Of a stretch of DNA of 26,153 nucleotides, positions 9,083-17,098 are shown one piece after another; the stretch's first letter is position 1; the number at the start of each line of letters is the position of its first letter. A model generated the notes under the pieces. That model was not told where the DNA came from. It was given only the letters and a program-made list of their open reading frames with translations, and searched no databases. Origin of the DNA: a virus (Duplodnaviria > Caudoviricetes); the IMG/VR virus record IMGVR_UViG_3300033122_000007, positions 1-26,153 of that record. One strand, given 5' to 3'. The position numbers and the translations under genes are program-made.

Positions 9083-9498
9083 TACCTAACACTCCAACTA
9101 CCACCTGATTCTATGGTGACTGTATAGTTATTTGCGATCGTTATTGGACCTGCACTCATACCGTTAGCAAACTCTGCACCTGCTGTAGGTCCTATGGTCA
9201 AGTTTTCTGATATGGTATTTGCATTTGTACGAACTATACTATCTGTTCCTAATGAAGGTCCTCCTCCTGCTAGTGCTGCCCAACCTGCACTTCCTGTACC
9301 ATCATCTGCCTTGTAGATTTCAGCAGAGTCATTTGTTGAGTTAAATCTTATCGTACCAACATCTATACCTGTAGGTCTTTGAGCTGTACTACCTACAGGT
9401 AATTTTAAAACACTATTGGTATTCAAAAACTTTAATGTTGTGATAATTGCACTTGTAGTGTTAGCAATCTGGTTTCCAGATATTCTTGAAATAGCCAT
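9082..9498 (-). CDS. Short fibre adaptor-like protein (138 aa)
   Basis: LPVGSTAQRP...GTIRFNST module plus C-terminal NANTISENLTI...NGMSAGPITIANNYTVTIESGGSWSV, a motif I recognise from the ends of marine phage fibres. Confidence 0.7.
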   Translation of the reverse strand: MAISRISGNQIANTTSAIITTLKFLNTNSVLKLPVGSTAQRPTGIDVGTIRFNSTNDSAEIYKADDGTGSAGWAALAGGGPSLGTDSIVRTNANTISENLTIGPTAGAEFANGMSAGPITIANNYTVTIESGGSWSVR

Positions 9499-9502
9499 GA
9501 GA

Positions 9503-12500
9503 TTAGATAGGTAATTCTAAGATGTGAACTGTGTCAGTTGATAGAGGTGCATCCCCAGATGAGAATACAACGTTAGCACCATTTGTATCCACTGTGTAGT
9601 TAGTTCCTGCAATCTGTGCTACACCATTGAGGAATACTAACAGTGAATCATCAGAGTGTTTGATGCCTCCACCATATGTTGTGACTGCGAAGGTTAATGT
9701 ATTACCATCCCCTGTATAAGATTTAGTAATATATTTATCTGATCCAACAACACCTCTACCAGTACCAACAACGTCTCCGTCAATTCTAACTGAACCATTA
9801 ATTCTGACTCTGTAAGTTGTATCAGGTGCTTCTCCTAAACCTATATGTCCATTACCTGTGGTAGATATGTTAATATCTCCTGTGTCTGTCAGTCCAAACT
9901 CTTTAAATGCACCACCATAGTATATCCAACCTAGTGATTTACCTGGTGTCCAGTTGATATTGTAAACTATATCTCCATCAGCAGGTGTATCATATCCTGT
10001 GATATTAGAGAAGTCTGGTAGTCCACTTGCATTTTCTGGTGCTAGTAAAGTCTGTTTAATAACAGTACCATCTTGGTTAAAGTATGTAAGTTTCTTAGCA
10101 GATATATTATTAGTAAATGTACTCTGTCCTTGGAATGTGACAGGACCTGCAAAGATAGATTCTAACTGGTTTGATGCTCCACCAATAACAGTTATCTTGT
10201 CCGTTAGAACCAACTCAGAGAATGTTTCAATGGTTGTGCTCTCTTCACCAACAACGTTTAACTGTGCAACATCTTCGTTAGTGATCTGACCTGTGACTGG
10301 GTTGATAACCTGATTACCAATGAATAGATCACCATTTGAGTTCAATCCTGAGTAGAATGAAACTCCTCCCTCTTCTTTAATTGACTGTGAGAATCTAATT
10401 TGCTCTTGAGTTAGAGTTTCTACCTGTGTCTGAGGGAACGCTGTACTGTAGTTACCTGGACCAAAACCAAGGTATTCAAACGTATGGTTTCCTGATCTTA
10501 GGATAGAGTGTCGTCTAAACTCTACGTTAATTGGTGCTACTGTACCATCATTATTTTCTCGTATATTAATCTTTCTTACTTCTTCGTCTCCTGCTCGTGC
10601 AGTTAACTCTACGTTAGATAATCTTTTATTAACTGAGTCATAGTTAGGTGTAGTACCTGGTTGTGTCCATCCTGTATCTGTTAGTAAGAATACTGTTGAT
10701 TCCTTTGTAATAGATAACTTTGGATCTTTAACAGGTGGCGATGCACCATCTGTTGCATTAACAAGACCAATGGTGACATTATCTGCAACTGATGTTGCAG
10801 CAGCAGGATCAGCGATTGGATTATCTCTGTCAAATGTAGGATAAACTTCATTGACATTTTGAGAGAACTTCCTATCATCAAAGTTAGAAGTTGTAGGTGA
10901 TATAGATCCACATAAGAGAGTTATGTAGTAGATACCATCGTCAGTACCTCTTACAAATGGTTGTACAACCTCAATGTCATAGATGTAGAAACATCTTTGT
11001 AAATTAAATGATGTAGTATCACTATTCAATGGTTGCATAACATAACCAGAGAGGGGATCTCTTGGTAATGGATTGGTCTTATCTTTATCAATTACATATC
11101 TTACACGATATGTTCTATCTTGTAAGTCTCTTGGGTCAGGTATTCTCTTGAGGAATGTAGTTGGTGTGAAGTTAACTGTGTTATATGTTGTGTTAGTAGA
11201 TAAAGTTGTATAGATTTCATTATTTACTGAACTGACTGATAGATACCATCCACCGACTGATCCTGCTACACCGCTAATTGTATATGTATTAGCATCATAT
11301 TGTAATGGAGATCCAACAACACCTGCTGCCAAACCAGAAACACTAGGACCATAAGGTGATATGCTTGCAGATTGTACACTTGCATCAGTTGCACCCTGTG
11401 CTACAAGTAAACAGTTTATTTTATCTGCTATTGCACTTGCACCTGTACCATCTTGTCTTGCTCCTACTGCAAAACCCTGTACTCTTGTTGTTGGTGGAGA
11501 TGCTTCTACAGTATAACCATATAGATATAACCTTGTACCTGGTGTACCACCCTGTCCTGCAAGTGATGCGTTGATAGTTTTAGTTCTCTGGATGTCAATG
11601 TTAACCCAGTTAATTGATGTCTCTTCACCAAAGATTACGTTTCCATTTACAGCACCAGTATTTGAAGCTGTAAGTGTCAATACTCTTGTGCTTACGTTTA
11701 TATTTCCGACTGTCGCTCCTACTCCAATATTAGTTCCTGTGATAGTCATACCTTGTATGACACCATTTACACTACCATCATTTGCTAACGTAATTGTATT
11801 TGTTCCACTAGCACCAGTAGCAGTTGTAGAGATAACATTTAAAGCTTTAGGTGGTATTATATGTGTTAATGCACCTGCCTTATCTTTAGAGAATGCTTTT
11901 GCTTTGAATCCTGCTGATCTCAATGCAGTATTACCAAAGTTAGAGTTAGAGTTGGTGATTGACATATCACCACCACTTAATGCAGTAAAGTGACCTTGAT
12001 ATCCCACAGCGAACACAGAAACTGCCTGTATGAATGAATCATTACTACACTTGATGTGTTCATGACCCCATCCCTTTCTATACTCAGCGAAACCATCTAA
12101 GTGTGCACCATCTCCTGCTGTTGCTACATCATAGTTTCCAGTTGATGCATTATATCTTACAAATGCTCTGTCATCTTTCTGTAGTGATAATCCAGTAAAC
12201 TGTGCCACAACCATTGATTTGAAACCAGTTGCCTTTGCACCGTTTGCATGCATACCATTCATACCCCATACACTTCTTAGTGATAGGTTAAATGCGTATG
12301 GTGATGCAGAGTCAACAGTATCAATCTCAGTTTTAACTGCAATGTTTGAACCTACAGCATTACCAGTTGGTTCTCCCTGCATTTGATAGGTGAATACGTT
12401 TCCAGATGCAGATGTGACAGTAAATGAACCATTATATAAACCTGCGTCTGCTTCAGACTGTGATCCAGTCGAACCAGTGACACCACTAACGTTGATGTTT

Positions 12501-13459
12501 ACACCAACAGAGAAGCCATGATCTCTAGGATCATCAAATTCATCAACTGTGACTGCTGTTGCAGTCTGACCATTACGTGTGATCTGTAATACTCTGTATT
12601 CATCAGATATAGGACCAACGATTCTGTTTTCCTCAACCCTTGCCTGTATTTGGTCAGTTGAAGGATCACCAGATGTATCAGGTATTGTAGCAAATGCTTT
12701 AGATACTTTCTGATAATATATCTCTAAGTCAGTTCTTGCTAGAATATTTGATACTGCAGAGTAGTCAGCGTTAGGAACTGTACCGTTTGCAATAAGAGTT
12801 GATAAAGGATTAAGACCATCAGCAAACTCAAAACATGTAAGTCTATGATGAGAAAACTTAGGTGCTAAAGTTGAGACTGAATCAGGTTTGAAATATACTC
12901 CCTCCTCTGCTCCATCAAAGAATGAGAACTGCCAGAAGTATGTACCACCAGTGACTTTGAAGATTGCTGTTCTTGGTGGAACCTGAGCTTCCGTATTAAT
13001 ACCTTGAGCTGGATATGTAGTGGGATATGGAACGTATTTTGGAATTATTTTAGTTCTTCTGAGGTCTGTACCAACAACAGAACAACCTCTAGGTACAATA
13101 ATACCACCTTCGACTGAGTTATATTTGTAGAGAACATTGTTAGGAGAAGTTAAGTCTAGGTTTGAGTTTGCATCAATAGGTGCAACGTTTGTATATAAAA
13201 CATCGCCTGGTCTATTGTCTACGACATACTCAGCAGGGTAGAGCATGATACTAAAAGCATCAAACTCGTCATTACTTAAACCAACTCTATATGAAAATCT
13301 TGCTACTTCTAAAAATGCTCTCTGTAAACTTTTAAACGGACGCAATGCAGAGTTACCCCTGTTGTCAATCGCATCAGATGCATCGAAATCGTCTGGGTTG
13401 ACATATATGATACGTCCAGTTCTGGACGTAATAATATTCTTGAGTCTCGTTAGTGACAT
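9503..13459 (-). CDS. Large virion structural / tail-fibre protein (1318 aa), probable beta-helix
   Basis: N-terminal IYVNPDD...GNSALRPFKSLQRA and IVPRGCSVVGTDLRRTKI patterns of pectin-lyase-like phage proteins; T/G/S/N-rich. C-terminal YTGDGNTLTF...LLVFLNGVAQ...NYTV fibre module. Confidence 0.78.
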   Translation of the reverse strand: MSLTRLKNIITSRTGRIIYVNPDDFDASDAIDNRGNSALRPFKSLQRAFLEVARFSYRVGLSNDEFDAFSIMLYPAEYVVDNRPGDVLYTNVAPIDANSNLDLTSPNNVLYKYNSVEGGIIVPRGCSVVGTDLRRTKIIPKYVPYPTTYPAQGINTEAQVPPRTAIFKVTGGTYFWQFSFFDGAEEGVYFKPDSVSTLAPKFSHHRLTCFEFADGLNPLSTLIANGTVPNADYSAVSNILARTDLEIYYQKVSKAFATIPDTSGDPSTDQIQARVEENRIVGPISDEYRVLQITRNGQTATAVTVDEFDDPRDHGFSVGVNINVSGVTGSTGSQSEADAGLYNGSFTVTSASGNVFTYQMQGEPTGNAVGSNIAVKTEIDTVDSASPYAFNLSLRSVWGMNGMHANGAKATGFKSMVVAQFTGLSLQKDDRAFVRYNASTGNYDVATAGDGAHLDGFAEYRKGWGHEHIKCSNDSFIQAVSVFAVGYQGHFTALSGGDMSITNSNSNFGNTALRSAGFKAKAFSKDKAGALTHIIPPKALNVISTTATGASGTNTITLANDGSVNGVIQGMTITGTNIGVGATVGNINVSTRVLTLTASNTGAVNGNVIFGEETSINWVNIDIQRTKTINASLAGQGGTPGTRLYLYGYTVEASPPTTRVQGFAVGARQDGTGASAIADKINCLLVAQGATDASVQSASISPYGPSVSGLAAGVVGSPLQYDANTYTISGVAGSVGGWYLSVSSVNNEIYTTLSTNTTYNTVNFTPTTFLKRIPDPRDLQDRTYRVRYVIDKDKTNPLPRDPLSGYVMQPLNSDTTSFNLQRCFYIYDIEVVQPFVRGTDDGIYYITLLCGSISPTTSNFDDRKFSQNVNEVYPTFDRDNPIADPAAATSVADNVTIGLVNATDGASPPVKDPKLSITKESTVFLLTDTGWTQPGTTPNYDSVNKRLSNVELTARAGDEEVRKINIRENNDGTVAPINVEFRRHSILRSGNHTFEYLGFGPGNYSTAFPQTQVETLTQEQIRFSQSIKEEGGVSFYSGLNSNGDLFIGNQVINPVTGQITNEDVAQLNVVGEESTTIETFSELVLTDKITVIGGASNQLESIFAGPVTFQGQSTFTNNISAKKLTYFNQDGTVIKQTLLAPENASGLPDFSNITGYDTPADGDIVYNINWTPGKSLGWIYYGGAFKEFGLTDTGDINISTTGNGHIGLGEAPDTTYRVRINGSVRIDGDVVGTGRGVVGSDKYITKSYTGDGNTLTFAVTTYGGGIKHSDDSLLVFLNGVAQIAGTNYTVDTNGANVVFSSGDAPLSTDTVHILELPI

Positions 13460-13478
13460 TTAACTATCGCCTTTTAGT

Positions 13479-13486
13479 TATTTATT
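13479..13486 (-). promoter_or_regulatory. T4-like late promoter motif AATAAATA
   Basis: Intergenic, about 20 nt upstream of ATG 13459, followed by AAGG. Confidence 0.6.
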
Positions 13487-13494
13487 GAGTGAGG

Positions 13495-14979
13495 TTAACC
13501 GCTTGCAGCGTTATCTGCTGCTGCACTTTCGTAGGTTCTTGTTGTGAATCCAGTAGATGAATCTTCAAATCCAATGAGAACAAAGTTTGCTTCTGCTGCT
13601 GCACATTCAACAATCAGTCTTTCACCAGGACCGACTACCAATGATTTAATTTCTTCTGCACTATCTGCAGCAAGGGTATTATCTTTACGAAGATACTCTT
13701 GTGTTTCTACAGCAGTTGTGGCAACGTCAATGCTACTTACAGTCACTGCAGTTCTTGTTGCACCTGCTAATTTAGGGCAATCTTGGAAAGTAGAACTCGT
13801 TGTAAAATCAGCAGAGTTAATTCCCTTGACCACATATGCAGTTGTACCCGAATAACTACGGATATACCCATATGCACCTGCAGTTTGAGCAGTAATGGTA
13901 TATGTCACACCTCCGAATAAAAATTGATCGGTAGAGTTTGTCCATGTACCTGTGATATCATAAACATATAATTGAGTATATGTAAAAGAATCAGAAGTTG
14001 TTAGATATCTATCTGAACCACCATAACCTGCACCTGCGTTTCCTGAGGTAGTTCCCTCATAAACATATAATGAACCAGTTAAACTAGCATCTTGTGAAAA
14101 ATCATATTGAACGTAAGCACCACTAGAACCTGCAGTTCCATTAGTTGTCTTACCTGTAGTATATTCTGTACCATTATCAGTTGTTGCGGTGAAGTCGCCA
14201 TCAGGACCATATTCACCATTAACAGTTGTTGATAGTTTGAATACCAAACCACTCATTGATGAGTCTGCTACGTTAAAACGATATACTCTGTCAGTAAAAA
14301 CTGTAAGTGTGACACCGAGATACATTTGCTCAGTACCACCAGACTCTGTGAATGTAAATTCGTTATTAGCAGTACCAATACCACCAGTAGCTATTGTACC
14401 AGTAGCACCACCAGATGCAGTTATACTATCACCTGCAGCAAATTCAGATCCAGATCCTGCAAGTGTTGTAGGACCTATGGATACGATTGTACTTCCTGAT
14501 CCTTGTGCTACTGCAAAAATTGTAGCAGTTGCTGTATTACCACCTGATCCTGTGACAAATGTTTCACCTACAGCAAAATTACCACTAACACTCTCTACAG
14601 TGACAGCACGAACTGCACGTTTCTTTACAACTATTTCAGTAAATGGGGGAATATAAAATGACTCAAACTTAAAAGTAGATTCTGCATCAACAGAAGTTAT
14701 TGTCGTTCCACCTGTCAAGTTTGCAGTTTTAGGTAGAGCAGTGTTCAATGTCATCAAATAACCTGTGATTGCATCACCTTCATGTAAAAGATAACTAGAT
14801 GAACCCAATGTCATCTTTTGATCATAATTTTTAAGAGCAACATCATACGTAGTTCCTGATCCACCTTGCTCATTTACAGTTAAAACTGTACTTGCAGATG
14901 CATCAACAGGTGCTGAATACAATAGAGTATTCGTAGCACCAGACGGTTTTGATTTTGCTAAAATTCCTTGTTTAGCCAT
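13495..14979 (-). CDS. Virion structural protein (494 aa, Thr/Gly/Ser-rich)
   Basis: Composition and position among fibre genes; beta-rich pattern such as VYRFNVADSSMSG...GTAGSSGAYVQ. Confidence 0.7.
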   Translation of the reverse strand: MAKQGILAKSKPSGATNTLLYSAPVDASASTVLTVNEQGGSGTTYDVALKNYDQKMTLGSSSYLLHEGDAITGYLMTLNTALPKTANLTGGTTITSVDAESTFKFESFYIPPFTEIVVKKRAVRAVTVESVSGNFAVGETFVTGSGGNTATATIFAVAQGSGSTIVSIGPTTLAGSGSEFAAGDSITASGGATGTIATGGIGTANNEFTFTESGGTEQMYLGVTLTVFTDRVYRFNVADSSMSGLVFKLSTTVNGEYGPDGDFTATTDNGTEYTTGKTTNGTAGSSGAYVQYDFSQDASLTGSLYVYEGTTSGNAGAGYGGSDRYLTTSDSFTYTQLYVYDITGTWTNSTDQFLFGGVTYTITAQTAGAYGYIRSYSGTTAYVVKGINSADFTTSSTFQDCPKLAGATRTAVTVSSIDVATTAVETQEYLRKDNTLAADSAEEIKSLVVGPGERLIVECAAAEANFVLIGFEDSSTGFTTRTYESAAADNAASG

Positions 14980-14982
14980 TTA

Positions 14983-16305
14983 TTAGAATCCAGAATAAAA
15001 GAATTGTTGTTGTCTGGTCAAACCAGTTAAGTTATTAGCACCGATACCTGCACCAAATGTAACATCATCAAGTGTAACGTTTTCTGTAGATAACAGAGTA
15101 GCGTTAGCATCAGGGAACTTAATAACACGAGGACCTGTAATACCCTCTGCCGATAAAGTTATCTGACCTGCAGTATTATTTGGAAATTTAATTGCAGGTG
15201 AAACAAGTGATTTGTTTGTAAGATCCTGCGTAGCAAGTTCAGATACCAGAGTGTTCGTAGCACCTGAGTTATTTAGTTGATTCGTAGGGGGAAACTGAAA
15301 ACTTTCGTTAGAAACTGTGTTTTGATTTGCAATACTAAATGTTATCTTTTTAGTAATATCAGTAGGATCTGCAAGTATAGCAGTCAACAGTGTTTTACCA
15401 GATAAAATTTGTGTTGCTGTAGTACCAACCAACGTAATATTTTGATCAGGAACTGTGATAGTTCTGTTAGCAGTTAGAGAAGAAGTATTAAACTGAACAT
15501 AACTTGTTCCAGATTCAGCGTTCTCCGTTAATTTTAGATTGACGAGAGTTTTATTCAAAGATGTCTGTTCTGCTTTTGTATCTAATAATGTAGATGCAGT
15601 TGCAGTAGGTTCAGCAGTTGTAGTCACTGTACCTGCGTCAGGTAAGAAGTATGAACGTCTTGCACCTGATGTTATCGCCCAGTTAAGTTGAAATATTGCC
15701 TCATCAGTATTATCCGTGATAACAAGATTATCCTCATCTATAAGAATAGTTTTATTAGTTAATGTTTGTTGTGTATCAGCACCAACTAAAGTTGTACCAT
15801 TACCAGATGTAATAGCAGGTAGTGTCATGATTCTGGTATTAGTACCAGTACCAACATTACTTACTTCAAATCTTGCTTTAGGTCCTTGTGCATCTTCCAA
15901 TACGAAAGATTGATCTCCAATAAGGAATTGTCCTGTGACTTTTACAGCACCAGTGCCTTTAGGTGCAAAAACAATATCAGCATTATTAGCAACGTCATCT
16001 ACAGCAGTGACATATAATGATGTACTACTTGCAGTATTGACAATACGAGTCATGTATAAACCACCATCACCAAATGCAATACCTACTTGATCATAGGCAT
16101 TTTGGTATAGTCCACTGTCTCTATCTAAGTCAAAGGCTAGACCAGGTGAATCTTTTGTACCTTGTGCAAGACCTTTAAATAACTGATTTACTTTTGCTTT
16201 TCTGTTAGGAATCAATGGATCAGATACCACAACAGGGAGAATCGCTTCTCCCGACAAGTTAGCATCTGAAATTGTTTCTAACTGTGATATCTTTTTAGTT
16301 GCCAC
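14983..16305 (-). CDS. Tail-fibre-like protein with QTLTNKT-type repeats (440 aa)
   Basis: GTG start (MATKKISQL) and five imperfect repeats of R...P...TLV.....Q.L.NKT. Confidence 0.75.
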   Translation of the reverse strand: MATKKISQLETISDANLSGEAILPVVVSDPLIPNRKAKVNQLFKGLAQGTKDSPGLAFDLDRDSGLYQNAYDQVGIAFGDGGLYMTRIVNTASSTSLYVTAVDDVANNADIVFAPKGTGAVKVTGQFLIGDQSFVLEDAQGPKARFEVSNVGTGTNTRIMTLPAITSGNGTTLVGADTQQTLTNKTILIDEDNLVITDNTDEAIFQLNWAITSGARRSYFLPDAGTVTTTAEPTATASTLLDTKAEQTSLNKTLVNLKLTENAESGTSYVQFNTSSLTANRTITVPDQNITLVGTTATQILSGKTLLTAILADPTDITKKITFSIANQNTVSNESFQFPPTNQLNNSGATNTLVSELATQDLTNKSLVSPAIKFPNNTAGQITLSAEGITGPRVIKFPDANATLLSTENVTLDDVTFGAGIGANNLTGLTRQQQFFYSGF

Positions 16306-16333
16306 GAATAATCACACCTTTTGTTACAAGAAT

Positions 16334-16341
16334 TATTTATA
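16334..16341 (-). promoter_or_regulatory. T4 late promoter, perfect TATAAATA
   Basis: Exact T4 gp55 consensus upstream of the AAGGTG RBS and GTG 16305. Confidence 0.75.
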
Positions 16342-16504
16342 AGACATCATCGTCTTTGTTCTGGAGAAGTAGGTTGTATAATTTACCTGCTTTATCCAAT
16401 TCATTACTATAATATTTTATTCTGTCTTCTACTTCTGAGAGTATGAGTTCATACTCCATCTCTGCTGTCTGTACCCTACTAGGGAATTGAATTACCTTCG
16501 CCAT
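16337..16504 (-). CDS. Small hypothetical protein (55 aa; not in the ORF track)
   Basis: Hand translation MAKVIQFPSRVQTAEMEYELILSEVEDRIKYYSNELDKAGKLYNLLLQNKDDDVL, with GGAGG 4 nt before the ATG. Fills the gap between genes. Confidence 0.72.
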   Translation of the reverse strand: MAKVIQFPSRVQTAEMEYELILSEVEDRIKYYSNELDKAGKLYNLLLQNKDDDVL

Positions 16505-16625
16505 CTTTCCTCCGTAGTTTTGAAATGAACAGTTTTAATCGTTTTTTAGCTTGACGGAGTTTCTGAGGTTTAAGATGCCTCTTCAGTTCTTTCTTCGAGT
16601 GGTGTTGCCAGTTGGGAACTTTCAT
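16479..16625 (-). CDS. Small basic hypothetical protein (48 aa; not in the ORF track)
   Basis: Hand translation MKVPNWQHHSKKELKRHLKPQKLRQAKKRLKLFISKLRRKDGEGNSIP. The PNWQHHSKK start resembles small cyanophage proteins I recall. Overlaps both neighbours. Confidence 0.65.
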   Translation of the reverse strand: MKVPNWQHHSKKELKRHLKPQKLRQAKKRLKLFISKLRRKDGEGNSIP

Positions 16626-16833
16626 CGTTCAAAAACTTGTTGCGAAACTCTTCAACTTGATTGATCACCTCTTTATCTACAGGAGGACCTGATTGAATTA
16701 CTGGTGATAGTAGAGCAACTGAACCATTAGGACTTTTAATTCTCCAAACAGTTCTATTTCTCTCTGTTAATGACAGCAAAAAAGGCAAGTTTGCTACTGC
16801 TTCTTCTGCTGTAATGTCTTGAATGTCTGTCAT
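16570..16833 (-). CDS. Hypothetical protein with Phd/YefM antitoxin-like N-terminus (87 aa)
   Basis: Start probably ATG 16833 (ATGA overlap with the upstream stop). ITAEEAVANLPFLLSLTERNRTVWRIKSPNGSVALLSP follows the Phd/YefM pattern. Confidence 0.6.
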   Translation of the reverse strand: MTDIQDITAEEAVANLPFLLSLTERNRTVWRIKSPNGSVALLSPVIQSGPPVDKEVINQVEEFRNKFLNDESSQLATPLEERTEEAS

Positions 16834-17042
16834 GCTGTTGCGAAACAATAGGTAATCATATCAGAGTCTAGATGCGGATCATCATTGATGCTGTTAACAG
16901 TTTCAGCAAAACCTTCAGCACCTTCCTCATCAAATTTGAAAATCACATTTTGTTCATATCCCTCATCATCTACTAACTTAACAGAACGTTTCGAGAAATT
17001 AATAAAGATGTGTGCCAAATATGGTCGAAGATCCTTTTCCAT
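16830..17042 (-). CDS. Small acidic hypothetical protein (70 aa)
   Basis: ORF directly downstream of a sigma70-type promoter and coupled to the next ORF. Confidence 0.7.
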   Translation of the reverse strand: MEKDLRPYLAHIFINFSKRSVKLVDDEGYEQNVIFKFDEEGAEGFAETVNSINDDPHLDSDMITYCFATA

Positions 17043-17063
17043 GATAAATTCGTAATTACCTTC

Positions 17064-17092
17064 AGTATAAGGTATTTAGACAATTAAGTCAA
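17064..17092 (-). promoter_or_regulatory. Sigma70-type (early) promoter TTGACT-N17-TATACT
   Basis: -35 at 17092..17087, -10 at 17069..17064, 17-nt spacer, intergenic. The spacer also contains a late-like CTAAATA (17079..17073). Confidence 0.8.
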
Positions 17093-17098
17093 GTGGCA

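Noticed and set aside
4176-9498. Diversity-generating retroelement or invertible shufflon acting on the fibre array
   Set aside because: No reverse transcriptase, recombinase, near-identical template/variable repeat pair or inverted crossover sites were seen; similarity is at protein level only.
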